This document shows positions 47,141-56,702 of a stretch of DNA of 64,000 nt, one piece after another; the first letter of the stretch is position 1, and each line of letters opens with the position of its first letter. Under the pieces are notes generated by a model. That model was not told the origin of the DNA and did no database searches. It was given only the letters and a program-made list of their open reading frames with translations. A program made the translations under genes and the position numbers. The stretch is from Candidatus Nanoarchaeia archaeon. Its GTDB lineage: Archaea > Nanobdellota > Nanobdellia > SCGC-AAA011-G17 > JACPNG01. The stretch lies in NCBI GenBank assembly GCA_028713535.1, contig JAQTOC010000001.1, positions 49,573 to 113,572 on the forward strand, in the 5' to 3' direction.

Positions 47141-47337
47141 TCTCTATAGTTCTCCCTTCAACAGGGTTTCAGGCTGAAGACATATGCCTGGATCGCCTCT
47201 AGAATCAGCGGCTAGTGTATTAGTAAACGATGTGTTTACTTGATTATCAGTAGGGTTAGAAATGTTGGATTTTTAGTGGTATATAAAGGTTTTGGATTTT
47301 TATAATTATACTTATATATACTTGAGCGGGAAAAAAT

Positions 47338-47380
47338 TAGACCAGAGTACTGGGATAGTTCTCTGGTCAGATTTTAACTG
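47338..47380 (-). terminator. hairpin + oligo-U terminator-like element downstream of 47406..47771
   Basis: 8-bp perfect stem gaccagag/ctctggtc (14-nt loop) followed on the minus strand by TAATTTTTTCCC. Confidence 0.35.
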
Positions 47381-47405
47381 GAACAGTCATTTTGTTGTGA
47401 TACTT

Positions 47406-47771
47406 TTACTTGCACGGAATTGGTGTTATTTCGAGGATGTTCTCATACCATGAGAGCAACTTAAATCTCAGGCCGTATACTTTCAGTCGATAACATTTCC
47501 CTCCTCTGATTTTTGCGTACATATCTGAGGAATCTGTTTTCCAAAACCACGGCCAATATGAGTCTGTGTTTTTGAACACCCGAATTTCTTTGGTGCTGGC
47601 CAATTCAGTGAAGATGATGTATTTATCTGTGTCGTGGGATCGTTTGACGGTTTTCTCTGTGACTCTTACGTCGTATACTTTAACTGTGTTGCAAGCGATC
47701 ATACTCTTCACCATAAGGATTGTCAACGTACCGATCGTGATGAGAATGCCTAGTTTTGTTAAGGTTTTCAT
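47406..47771 (-). CDS. hypothetical secreted protein (signal peptide)
   Basis: MKTLTKLGILITIGTLTILMVKSMIA... Confidence 0.45.
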   Translation of the reverse strand: MKTLTKLGILITIGTLTILMVKSMIACNTVKVYDVRVTEKTVKRSHDTDKYIIFTELASTKEIRVFKNTDSYWPWFWKTDSSDMYAKIRGGKCYRLKVYGLRFKLLSWYENILEITPIPCK

Positions 47772-48208
47772 TTAATCACTCCTATTTTAGTGGTTTAATA
47801 GAACTCTGCCGGTTTTTCCTTAAGGAAAAAATTTCTCTGAGATTTTAAGACTCAGAAAAAGGAATTCTAAAAAGGACCTTCCGGCTACTGTAAATTAATT
47901 TTGTACTGTTTGTTAAGAAGAAGAAACTTATAAACCTTTCGTTTTGTTATTCCTGCTTAGTAAATACAAATAGTAAGTTTTATAAATAAAGAGTTCTTAG
48001 AATCTGATATATCTTTGATTAAATTTCGGGTCTTCCCGACTGTAAGAACCCTTTGTGGGTTTTGTTTCTCTTAGATGTTATGTCTTAGAGAAAATTGGAT
48101 GTCGAGGAAGAATTGAAATAAGTAAGTAATTTAGCACCGCTAATAGGTGATTGTGATTTACATCTATGAGATTCTTCCTTAAATCTTTAAACCAATAGGA
48201 GAAGAGAG

Positions 48209-48502
48209 ATGTTTTGCATAATGATAGGAACGAATTGTCCAACTTGTAAGGGTCATTTCGATCATGATCCATCAGATGCAGAAATCAAGCAGGCTATGGG
48301 TTATGACCCAGAGACTGACTTGACAATTGTGGACTGTAGGATTGTAGAAAGTGATGACCCCAATACCTGTTGTGCAACAGAGTATTGGCGGGCGCAGGAG
48401 GAACAAGAACAGGCAGACGAAGAGGAGTCTCGTGCGTTGGATGCAAAAATTGAGCAGGCTCGGCAGGAAGATGAGGATATTCGCGCAATGCTTAAGGATT
48501 AA
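48209..48502 (+). CDS. hypothetical small acidic protein with CxxC pair; atypically GC-rich
   Basis: NCPTCKG...NTCCATEYW; Glu/Asp/Gln-rich C-terminus; GC content visibly above surroundings. Confidence 0.4.
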   Translation: MFCIMIGTNCPTCKGHFDHDPSDAEIKQAMGYDPETDLTIVDCRIVESDDPNTCCATEYWRAQEEQEQADEEESRALDAKIEQARQEDEDIRAMLKD

Positions 48503-48699
48503 AGCCTCTGAAAAGGAAATAGCTCTTTTGTTTTGGGAAGTGGAGAAAGGAGTATTGTAACTCTTCTCATAACGGAAGTTAAAAGCTATTTTCTTTTATT
48601 TCTTAAGTATATATATGTAGTAATATTTCGTCTTAAAAATAGGGAGTGTTAGAGTAAACGTGAATTATCTTGGAAATTTGGAGGCGAAATCTTTAAGAA

Positions 48700-48742
48700 T
48701 AAGCCTTATTTTCTAAAATAAAAGCAAAAAGGGGGTTTTTAT
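48700..48742 (+). promoter_or_regulatory. putative TATA-like promoter for histone gene
   Basis: taaaataaaagc ~30 nt upstream of ATG, consistent with a leaderless or short-leader transcript; stronger TATA (aagtatatatatg) at ~48606. Confidence 0.2.
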
Positions 48743-48955
48743 ATGAAAAGCAACATTTTACCTTTAGCAGCAATGGAAAACCTGTTAAAAATCAAGGCAA
48801 ATGCTCCAAGAGTGAGTAATTCTGCAAAAGAGGAGCTAAGAAGCATATTAGAGGATTATGCAGAAAAGATTGGGGAAATGGCAGTAAAACTGGCTTTGCA
48901 TTCTAAGAGAAAAACAGTCACTGGGGAAGATATTAAGTTAGCTGCTAAGAATTAG
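48743..48955 (+). CDS. archaeal histone (HMf-family histone fold)
   Basis: RVSNSAKEELRSILEDYAEKIGEMAVKLALHSKRKTVTGEDIKLAAK aligns with HMfB loops/helices. Confidence 0.85.
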   Translation: MKSNILPLAAMENLLKIKANAPRVSNSAKEELRSILEDYAEKIGEMAVKLALHSKRKTVTGEDIKLAAKN

Positions 48956-49414
48956 TTACTTCATTTTCTGGGTAACCAGCATTTTGTTTTTACATTTAGC
49001 ACACTCAAAAGGAAGAGCTTTTACAGATTCTCTTTTTCCTGTCTCTTCATTTAACCTAGAAACAGATTTTCTCTTGAAAGGAACTTCAATCTCCCCAGAA
49101 TAAGAACATTTAGGACAGACATATTTTATGCTTGCAATTAAACTCTCTGCGTATTCATCCTTGTTTACTGTGTATTTGCATTTAGGACAGACATATTCTT
49201 CAGCCCTAATCTTGAAATTTCCTGTTTTAGGGTCTCTTGGCTTAGCCATAATCCCCTTTCCGCACTTAGGGCATTTATTCCTAAGAACCCAGCATTTAAT
49301 AGAGCCTTTTCCATCTTCGAGAGTTCTGTTAGTAAAGTATACACATTCATCCATTGATTCTGGTTCTTTTAACATTTTCACAGCCTTTTCAGTTCGATTG
49401 AAACTGCATTGCAC
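48956..49414 (-). CDS. multi-Zn-ribbon protein (four CxxC pairs)
   Basis: CPKCGKG, CPKCKYT, CPKCSYS, CAKCKNK; likely real start at an internal Met (MLKEPESMDECVYF). Confidence 0.5.
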   Translation of the reverse strand: MQCSFNRTEKAVKMLKEPESMDECVYFTNRTLEDGKGSIKCWVLRNKCPKCGKGIMAKPRDPKTGNFKIRAEEYVCPKCKYTVNKDEYAESLIASIKYVCPKCSYSGEIEVPFKRKSVSRLNEETGKRESVKALPFECAKCKNKMLVTQKMK

Positions 49415-50118
49415 TTAACCCTTATGTATCTTGGGCATAATGTAAACTCATATTTATTCTTTTTGCAGTAATCTTCTATTTCTTGTTTTTCTTTTTCATT
49501 ATTAAATTTTACTATTACGTTAATGCCCTTGTTTTTTTTGTGGATTATATCATATCCTTTAAGGTCATTTTTAACTTTTTTGTTTAAACCGTCTAGATAT
49601 AAAACTCTTTTTTTAATGTCTTTAAGCTTTTCGTGCAATAAGCTTAGTTTTTCCTTTTCAAATTCTTCCTGAATTTCTAAATTTAAGTCAGATGCTATAA
49701 AACCGCCATAGCTTAAGTTAATTATTTTATCCTTTCCAAAACTTCCAAAAATTATGGCTCCTTCTTTTGATTGAGAATAACCAATCGAGCCTGAGGCATC
49801 ATTAATAATTAATCCATTGAAGATTATTTTTTTCATATCCTGCATGGCAAAATAGCCTGGATTGGAATTTACCAATAAAACATACTTTTCTTTATCAAAA
49901 TTTATTTTGTTTTTTAATAAACCGTGGTCTGTTTGATAGTAAAGGAAATGCTTTGGATACTGATAATAAGTAATCCAGCCTCCCTGGTCAGGTATTAAAA
50001 AAATTTTATCTTTGTAAATCCTTGTTAATTGCTTAATTGCGTTATTTCCGCTTTTAACCAAATAAATATTTTTCTTGTTTGTTAGTTTTCTAAGAATTTT
50101 TTTTATTTCTTTTTCCAT
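49378..50118 (-). CDS. hypothetical protein; faint resemblance to DegT-type PLP aminotransferase core
   Basis: IINDASGSIGYSQSKEGAIIFGSFGKDKIINLSYGGFI vs DegT DAAHA.G / FSF..K.I..GEGG blocks; adjacent to gmd. Confidence 0.3.
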   Translation of the reverse strand: MEKEIKKILRKLTNKKNIYLVKSGNNAIKQLTRIYKDKIFLIPDQGGWITYYQYPKHFLYYQTDHGLLKNKINFDKEKYVLLVNSNPGYFAMQDMKKIIFNGLIINDASGSIGYSQSKEGAIIFGSFGKDKIINLSYGGFIASDLNLEIQEEFEKEKLSLLHEKLKDIKKRVLYLDGLNKKVKNDLKGYDIIHKKNKGINVIVKFNNEKEKQEIEDYCKKNKYEFTLCPRYIRVKCNAVSIELKRL

Positions 50119-50141
50119 AAAGAACTAAAAATAAATTGAAT

Positions 50142-51164
50142 TTATAAACCTTGTTTTTCCAGTTCTTTTAATTCAAAGTCAACCATTATTTTAACAAGTT
50201 CATTGAAGGATGTGTTTGGTTTCCAACCCAGTTTTATTTTTGCTTTTGTATAATCTCCAAGTAAAATGTCGACTTCTGCAGGCCTGAAAAACTGAGGGTC
50301 AATATGTATTATTGGCATTCCGTTCCAGTAGCCTTTTTCATCAAATCCAGAACCGCGCCATTCAAAGTTAGACATACCAAGACATTTACAGGATTCCTCG
50401 ACGAATTCCCTTATTGAGTGGGTTTCGTTTGTTGCTATCACATAATCATCCGGAGAATCCTGCTGCAGCATCAGCCACATTGCTTCAACATAATCTTTTG
50501 AATAACCCCAGTCCCTTTTTGAGTCTAGATTGCCAAGCCTTAGCTCACTTCTTACTCCTTTTTTTATTTCTGCGAGAGCCCTGGCTACTTTTTTTGTTAC
50601 AAATTCCTCTCCTCTTCTTGGAGATTCGTGATTGAATAAAATTCCGTTGCAGCAGAACATACCATAAGCATCCCTGTATAATTTAGCTGTAAAGAAAGCA
50701 AACTGCTTTGCTATTCCATATGGGCTTCGGGGATTAAATGGAGTTGTTTCCCTTTGAGGAATCTCCATAGCTTTTCCGAACATTTCAGAGCTGGATGCCT
50801 GGTAGAACCTAATGTGTCTTTCTGGATCTATCTTTTTTATGCATTCAAGAAGATTAAGAACTGCAATTCCTGTTACTTGGGTAGTATAATCTGGCTGGTT
50901 AAATGAAGCCTGTACGAATGACTGGGCTGCCAAATTATAGACTTCGTCTGGTTTTGAAATCAGCAATGCCCTTAACAATGAATGAGTATCTGTTAAATCA
51001 CCATCTATTAATGTTATCTTGTCTTTTAAATGTCTAATCCTGCTTAAGTTATCTGTACTTGATCTTCTTACTAGACCATGGACATTATACCCCTTTTCCA
51101 ACAATAACTCTGCTAGGTAAGAACCGTCCTGGCCAGTAATGCCTGTAATGAGGGCAGATTTCAT
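50142..51164 (-). CDS. gmd: GDP-mannose 4,6-dehydratase
   Basis: MKSALITGITGQDGSYLAELLLEKGYNVHGLVRRSS; start at 51164 rather than 51251 (which would overlap tRNA-Glu). Confidence 0.9.
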   Translation of the reverse strand: MKSALITGITGQDGSYLAELLLEKGYNVHGLVRRSSTDNLSRIRHLKDKITLIDGDLTDTHSLLRALLISKPDEVYNLAAQSFVQASFNQPDYTTQVTGIAVLNLLECIKKIDPERHIRFYQASSSEMFGKAMEIPQRETTPFNPRSPYGIAKQFAFFTAKLYRDAYGMFCCNGILFNHESPRRGEEFVTKKVARALAEIKKGVRSELRLGNLDSKRDWGYSKDYVEAMWLMLQQDSPDDYVIATNETHSIREFVEESCKCLGMSNFEWRGSGFDEKGYWNGMPIIHIDPQFFRPAEVDILLGDYTKAKIKLGWKPNTSFNELVKIMVDFELKELEKQGL

Positions 51165-51223
51165 GCAATAGTTAAGATTAAAAAGGTTTATATTGTTTTT
51201 TATGATTAAGAATATGGTTTTTT

Positions 51224-51298
51224 GCTCCGGTAGTGTAGTCCGGTCAATCACATGGGATTCTCGATCCTATAACCCGGGTTCGAATCCCGGCCGGAGCA
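51224..51298 (+). tRNA. tRNA-Glu (anticodon CTC)
   Basis: 7-bp acceptor GCTCCGG/CCGGAGC, T-arm CCGGG-TTCGAAT-CCCGG, anticodon stem TGGGA/TCCTA with loop TTCTCGA; no encoded CCA. Confidence 0.8.
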
Positions 51299-51402
51299 TA
51301 TACTTTTTGGATAATAAATGGGATATTCAACTGAAATTTATTACTCAATACAAATGACTTTTTTGTGGGAAATTTTTTAAGTTAGGTCTTACCCTCAATT
51401 GG

Positions 51403-52932
51403 ATGATAGAAATAGTTGATTGCGGAAGCCAGCTGACCCAAAACATTGCGAGAAGGGTGAGGGAAGCAGGTGTTTTTACAGAAATAATTCCTTTTAATAC
51501 TTCTGTTGAAAAAATAAAAAGAGCAGACCTTGAGGGAATCATAATCTCTGGAGGGCAGTTCAGTGTTTATGATGAGAATTCTCCTATATACTCAAGGGAG
51601 GTTTTAGACCTTGATGTTCCTGTCTTAGGGATATGTTACGGACAGCAATCAATTGCTCATTTGCTTGGGGGAAAGGTAAGCCCTACCCAAAACAGGGAGT
51701 ATGGAGAAACAAAAATAAAATTGAAAAAGGAGAGCAAGTTATTTGATGGAATTTCTCCCTCACAGGAATTTATTGTCTGGATGAGCCACGGAGATGTTGT
51801 TGAAAAGCTTCCAGAAAATTTTGAGGCTACGGCTATTTCCCAAAATGGGCATGTTGCTGCTATGCAGATGCAGGAAAAAAGAATATATTCTGTGCAGTTC
51901 CATCCAGAAGTTGATCATACTCAACATGGCAGAGCCATCTTGGAAAATTTCTTAAAAATTTGTGATGCTCAAAGGACCTGGAAACCTGAAAAAGAATATG
52001 ACAGGATTGTTGAAGAGCTGAAAGAAAAATTAAATGGAAAAATAGGCGTTGGAGGGATTAGCGGCGGGGTTGATTCTTCAACAGTATCTGTTTTAGTCAA
52101 TCAGGTATCTGGTGAAAGTTATCATCCTATTTTTGTTGACAATGGATTATTAAGATTGGATGAAGCCAAAAATGTTAAAGAGAGCCTGGATAAATTTTTA
52201 TTAAACATAATTTATGTTGATGCCAGCGATAGATTCCTAAAGAAGTTGTCAGGCATAACAGATCCTGATGAAAAAAGAAAAATCATCGGCCATGAGTTTG
52301 TTGCTGTCTTTGAAGAGGAGGCAAGAAAAATTTCTGGTGCGACTTATCTTGTTCAAGGAACATTATACCCAGATGTGATTGAGAGTGTTCCTGTTTATGG
52401 TTCTTCATCAAAAATAAAAAGGCACCACAATGTCGGGGGCTTGCCTGAGAAGATGGGATTAGAGGTTATAGAGCCATTCAGGAATTTGTTTAAGGATGAA
52501 GTCAGAAAAATTGCAGAATATAAACTTGGGATGCCAAAATCAATTGTATGGAGACATCCTTTCCCAGGACCGGGATTAGCAATCAGAATCATTGGGGATA
52601 TCACACCAGAAAAACTGGATATTGCCAGAAAAGCAGATGATATATTCATTAGCGAACTTATAAATGAGGGATTATATTATAAGATAAGCCAGGCATTTGC
52701 AGGGCTTTTGGGTGGAAAGGCGGTTGGGGTCATGGGTGATGCCCAGTCTTATGATTATATTGTTGGCTTGAGAGCTGTTGTTACAAATGATTTCATGACT
52801 GCAGATTGGTATGGTTTTGATAAGTCATTTTTAACTAAAGTTACTAACAGGATCATAAACGAAGTCAAAGGGGTGGGCAGAGTTTTTTATGACACCTGTC
52901 AAAAACCTCCTTCTACAATCGAGTGGGAATAG
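51403..52932 (+). CDS. guaA: GMP synthase (glutamine-hydrolysing), fused GATase + ATP-PPase
   Basis: GICYGQQ class-I GATase; SGGVDSS PP-loop; 509 aa. Confidence 0.95.
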   Translation: MIEIVDCGSQLTQNIARRVREAGVFTEIIPFNTSVEKIKRADLEGIIISGGQFSVYDENSPIYSREVLDLDVPVLGICYGQQSIAHLLGGKVSPTQNREYGETKIKLKKESKLFDGISPSQEFIVWMSHGDVVEKLPENFEATAISQNGHVAAMQMQEKRIYSVQFHPEVDHTQHGRAILENFLKICDAQRTWKPEKEYDRIVEELKEKLNGKIGVGGISGGVDSSTVSVLVNQVSGESYHPIFVDNGLLRLDEAKNVKESLDKFLLNIIYVDASDRFLKKLSGITDPDEKRKIIGHEFVAVFEEEARKISGATYLVQGTLYPDVIESVPVYGSSSKIKRHHNVGGLPEKMGLEVIEPFRNLFKDEVRKIAEYKLGMPKSIVWRHPFPGPGLAIRIIGDITPEKLDIARKADDIFISELINEGLYYKISQAFAGLLGGKAVGVMGDAQSYDYIVGLRAVVTNDFMTADWYGFDKSFLTKVTNRIINEVKGVGRVFYDTCQKPPSTIEWE

Positions 52933-53028
52933 ATTATCGGTTTTGATTTTGATTAGGATAAACAAGCATTATACTCTGATATATAGCTAATATTATAATT
53001 AAGTATTTAAAATAAAATATTACTTAAT

Positions 53029-53847
53029 TTGGTAATGGAAGAGGATTTTGATATTCAAAAGAAAAAAGAGGACATAATGAAGAGGGATAATCTTGGTTCT
53101 AGAGAAAGTCAAATCAGAAATTTAGAGGGTTATGTCCCAGAGTTAGTCAAGGATGAGTTCAAGCTTAAGCAATCAAACATAAGCCAGTTCAGAAAGATTG
53201 TTCCTGCACTGATTGAGAAAGGGGTTGAAAACCTAGACTTAAGCATGTTCAGCCAGGAAATGAGAAATGAAATCTTAAATGCTGTCGGAGAAGAGCACTT
53301 ACTTAAAGGAAGATTGCCTGATGCTGTAAAAATTTTCTTAATGACAAAGAACGCCCAGAGATTAAAGGACATTGCAAAGAACTATGAGGATATTGGATTG
53401 TTTGGGAGTGCGGTTGATATTTTAAAAGCCATTGAAGATCTGGATGGATTAGTAAGATTAGGAGACAGATGCTTGGATGCAGGCAGATTAGGGGATGCTG
53501 TAAGAGCAATCAAGTATGTTGGAGACAAGGAGAAATTAGTCAAGATTGGTTATTTCTGCCTTGAGAGAGATAAATTAGATTTTGCTATTGAGGTATTTAA
53601 GAGCGCTTCAAGAGAAGACTTGCTTACTGAATTGGGAGAGAAATGGATAAGGGAAGGCAAGTTTGAGTATGCTTACAAGGCTCTTGAACTTGTTGGAGAC
53701 AAGGCAAGGATAAGCCACTTAGCTGATGTTTTATTAAAAGAAGGATTGTTCAGGGCAGCTTACAAATCTTATGTTTTGGCTGGAAATATAATAATGGCTG
53801 ATTTCATAAGGCAGAATTTTTCTGATAAGAATTCATTGATAGATTAA
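53029..53847 (+). CDS. hypothetical alpha-helical repeat protein
   Basis: repeated ~35-aa helical units (LGDAVRAIKYVGDKEKLVKIG...). Confidence 0.4.
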   Translation: MVMEEDFDIQKKKEDIMKRDNLGSRESQIRNLEGYVPELVKDEFKLKQSNISQFRKIVPALIEKGVENLDLSMFSQEMRNEILNAVGEEHLLKGRLPDAVKIFLMTKNAQRLKDIAKNYEDIGLFGSAVDILKAIEDLDGLVRLGDRCLDAGRLGDAVRAIKYVGDKEKLVKIGYFCLERDKLDFAIEVFKSASREDLLTELGEKWIREGKFEYAYKALELVGDKARISHLADVLLKEGLFRAAYKSYVLAGNIIMADFIRQNFSDKNSLID

Positions 53848-53864
53848 GAAAGCTTTAAATAAAT

Positions 53865-55364
53865 TTGTTCTTGATTTATTTTATGACAAAGTACTACATA
53901 ACTACAGCTATTGATTATGTAAATGCAAAACCGCATATTGGGCATGCTTATGAGAAAGTAATAGCTGATGTTCTTGCAAGATGGAACAGGTTGAACGGCA
54001 AAGATGTTTTTTACCTGACTGGCACTGATGAAAATGCACAGAAAAATGCACAGGCTGCAAAAGAAGCGAAGAAGGAAGCAAAAAACTTTGTTGATGAAAA
54101 TGTAAATTACTTTATTGAATTATGTGAAAAATTAAACCTAAGCAATGATTATTTCATAAGAACAACCGAGAAAAAACATATCAAAACTTCCCAGGAAATC
54201 TTCAAGAAAGTCTTTGACAAAGGAGATATTTACAAGGGAACTTATGAAGGTTATTACTGCGATGGATGCGAGGCATTCATAACAGAGAAAGAATTAGTCA
54301 ATGGAAAATGCCCTGAGCACAACAAAGAGCCAAAGCACATCAAAGAGGAAAATTATTTCTTTAAGATGTCAAATTATGAAAAAGAAATGCTGAAGCTCCT
54401 GGAAAAACCGGGCTTTGTTTATCCTGATTACAGAAGGAAGGAGATGTATAACAGAGTCAAGGAAGAAGGATTAAAAGATTTATGCGTAAGCAGAAAAGGA
54501 ACTGACTGGGGGATTAAATTACCCAATAACAAAGACTTTTCAATTTATGTTTGGTTTGACGCTTTGATAAACTATGTTTCTGCATTGGATTATCCTGATG
54601 GAGATTTATATAAAAAATTCTGGCCCGCAGACGTTCATCTAATTGGAAAAGGGATAAATTGGTTTCATTCTGTTATTTGGCCAACAATGCTGATGTCTGC
54701 TGGGATTAAATTACCTAGGCAAATTGTTGTTCATGGTTACTTGACAGTTAATGGACAAAAAATAAGCAAGAGCCTAGGAAATGTGATTGATCCGATTAAA
54801 CTTGTTGATAAATACGGAGCTGATCCAGTAAGATATATTTTAATAAGGGACATTCCTTTTGGAGAAGACGGAGATTTCTCTGAGAGAGCGTTGGTTGAAA
54901 GAATAAATTCTGAATTAGCAAATGGAATCGGAAATTTGGTTAACAGAAGTTTAGGCATGACTGAAAAATACTTTGAGGGAAAAGTACCAAAGGGAAAAAA
55001 TATTATTAAGTTTGATTTGAAAAAGTTTAATGAGCATTTTGACAGATTAGAATTACATTTGGCCTTAGGAGAGATTTGGAGATATATAGCTGAGTGCAAT
55101 AAGTTCATCGATGATAAAAGACCATGGGAATTAGCTAAGAACAATGACAAGGGACTTAATGATGTTATTTATTCTGTTCTGGATTCATTAAGAATAATTT
55201 CAATATTAATCAGCCCATTTGTTCCAGAGACATCTGAGAAAATATGCAAGAAGCTGGGAATGGGTTTGGGAAAATACAAAGATATTAAAATTGATTTGCT
55301 AAAAGCAGGAATTCAGACAAATAAAGGAAAAGTCTTGTTTGATAAAATAGAAAATGGAATGTAA
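53865..55364 (+). CDS. metG: methionyl-tRNA synthetase, catalytic core only (no C-terminal tRNA-binding domain)
   Basis: HIGH = PHIGHAYE; KMSKS = KISKS; Zn knuckle CDGCEAF...CPEH; probable true start ATG 53883 (MTKYYITTAIDY). Confidence 0.95.
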   Translation: MFLIYFMTKYYITTAIDYVNAKPHIGHAYEKVIADVLARWNRLNGKDVFYLTGTDENAQKNAQAAKEAKKEAKNFVDENVNYFIELCEKLNLSNDYFIRTTEKKHIKTSQEIFKKVFDKGDIYKGTYEGYYCDGCEAFITEKELVNGKCPEHNKEPKHIKEENYFFKMSNYEKEMLKLLEKPGFVYPDYRRKEMYNRVKEEGLKDLCVSRKGTDWGIKLPNNKDFSIYVWFDALINYVSALDYPDGDLYKKFWPADVHLIGKGINWFHSVIWPTMLMSAGIKLPRQIVVHGYLTVNGQKISKSLGNVIDPIKLVDKYGADPVRYILIRDIPFGEDGDFSERALVERINSELANGIGNLVNRSLGMTEKYFEGKVPKGKNIIKFDLKKFNEHFDRLELHLALGEIWRYIAECNKFIDDKRPWELAKNNDKGLNDVIYSVLDSLRIISILISPFVPETSEKICKKLGMGLGKYKDIKIDLLKAGIQTNKGKVLFDKIENGM

Positions 55365-55542
55365 GCAAAAAAACAACTTGAAATACTGCAACTGCACTTA
55401 TGACTGCAATAAAAAAGGAATTTGCTGCGAGTGCATAAGGTATCACCGGGAAAAGAAACAGTTACCTGCGTGTTATTTTGACAATAAGACTGAGAAAAGC
55501 TATGACAGGTCTTTTGAAAAATTTTTGGAGGCAAGAAAATGA
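55354..55542 (+). CDS. possible 62-aa Cys-rich micro-protein overlapping both neighbours
   Basis: MECKQKNNLKYCNCTYDCNKKGICCECIRYH...; 11-nt overlap with metG end, ATGA overlap with next gene. Confidence 0.3.
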   Translation: MECKQKNNLKYCNCTYDCNKKGICCECIRYHREKKQLPACYFDNKTEKSYDRSFEKFLEARK

Positions 55543-55859
55543 TTAGTTTTGAGCAATTCAAGGAATTTGAATTCAAAGTTGGGGAGATTAAGGAAGCCAA
55601 GGAACATCCTAATGCTGATAAGTTAGTTATTTTAAAGGTTGATATTGGAGAAGAGGAAAGACAGATTGTTGCTGGAATAAGGAAACATTATGATATTGAT
55701 GATCTTGTTGGAAAGAAAATAGTCATTGTTGCTAATCTAGAACCTGCAATGTTAAGAGGAATCAAAAGCGAGGGAATGTTGCTGGCTGCTGTAAATAATG
55801 ACAAGGTTGTTTTGGTAACTCCTGAGAGCGATATAGAGAACGGGGCAAGAGTGCAGTAA
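55539..55859 (+). CDS. Trbp111/EMAP-II-like tRNA-binding domain protein (free-standing MetRS C-terminal domain homolog)
   Basis: FEFKVGEIKEAKEHPNADKLVILKVDIGEE..RQIVAGI OB-fold tRNA-binding signature. Confidence 0.8.
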   Translation: MISFEQFKEFEFKVGEIKEAKEHPNADKLVILKVDIGEEERQIVAGIRKHYDIDDLVGKKIVIVANLEPAMLRGIKSEGMLLAAVNNDKVVLVTPESDIENGARVQ

Positions 55860-56016
55860 TATTTATATAGTCTTTATCTTGTTTTTTGCTGATTGATTTA
55901 GAAATTTTTGCCCCTTCAGGGTTATATTAAGAGGTGGACTCTTAGTGGCAATTCTGCTTTGATATTTCTAATTGCTGGAGGGGCTTGGAAAGTTTAAAAT
56001 TTGAAAAGGAGATACC

Positions 56017-56310
56017 ATGGATTTTACAAATTTACTTGGCCTTGTTGCAGCCACAGGGTCTACAATATCTTTTATGCCTCAGGCATGGAAAGTATACCGG
56101 ACGAAAAAGACGAAGGATCTTTCATTGGGGATGTATGTCCTTATAACCTTGTCATTATCTGGTTGGTGGGTGTATGGATTCTTGCAAAAAGATCTTCCGC
56201 TTTTGGTTGCTAATTCAATTACGGTGCCTTTGACAGCATACATATTGGGAGTGATTGTGAAGAACTTGTTTAAGAAATCCAAGAAGACTAAAAGGAAAAA
56301 CCAGGAGTGA
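56017..56310 (+). CDS. SemiSWEET / PQ-loop family 3-TM transporter
   Basis: PQ motif FMPQAWKVYRTKKTKD; three TM helices in 97 aa. Confidence 0.75.
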   Translation: MDFTNLLGLVAATGSTISFMPQAWKVYRTKKTKDLSLGMYVLITLSLSGWWVYGFLQKDLPLLVANSITVPLTAYILGVIVKNLFKKSKKTKRKNQE

Positions 56311-56434
56311 GGCATCTTGTTATCAGACTACGCTCAACTGATTCAGTTGGGCGTTTTGTTTATTAGTTAAGTATATATGCATAGATACTAAATATTTTTG
56401 TCTTGATCGAAGAGAAATTTCTTGCAATAAGGAC

Positions 56435-56509
56435 TGAGCCCGCCGCGATTCGAACGCGGGACCTCTCGATTATCAGTCGAGTGCTATAGCCAGGCTAAGC
56501 CACGGGCTC
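56435..56509 (-). tRNA. tRNA-Ile (anticodon GAT)
   Basis: revcomp GAGCCCG...CTCGA-CTGATAA-TCGAG...CGCGG-TTCGAAT-CCGCG...CGGGCTCA. Confidence 0.85.
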
Positions 56510-56524
56510 GTGAATATCAAAAAG

Positions 56525-56596
56525 CGTCCCGAGCAGGATTTGAACCTGCAACCGCATGATTAACAGTCATGTGCTCTACCATTAAGCTATCGGGAC
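56525..56596 (-). tRNA. tRNA-Asn (anticodon GTT)
   Basis: revcomp GTCCCGA...CATGA-CTGTTAA-TCATG...GCAGG-TTCAAAT-CCTGC-TCGGGAC-G. Confidence 0.85.
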
Positions 56597-56702
56597 ATAG
56601 CTTAAAAACACCAACAAGAGGTTTAAAAATGTTTCTAATAAGCTGGAAAAGGCTTATAAATAATGGGTTTGTTGGTTCTGTTTAAAAGAGACTGGAGGGA
56701 TA

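Noticed and set aside
47141-48742. Integrated mobile element between rpl3 and the histone gene
   Set aside because: There is no integrase, transposase, tRNA target or flanking direct repeat. Only a compositional oddity is visible, reported above as a low-interest finding.
51165-51251. Longer GMD start at 51251
   Set aside because: It would overlap tRNA-Glu (51224-51298). The conserved Rossmann N-terminus begins at the internal ATG at 51164 (MKSALITGITGQDG).
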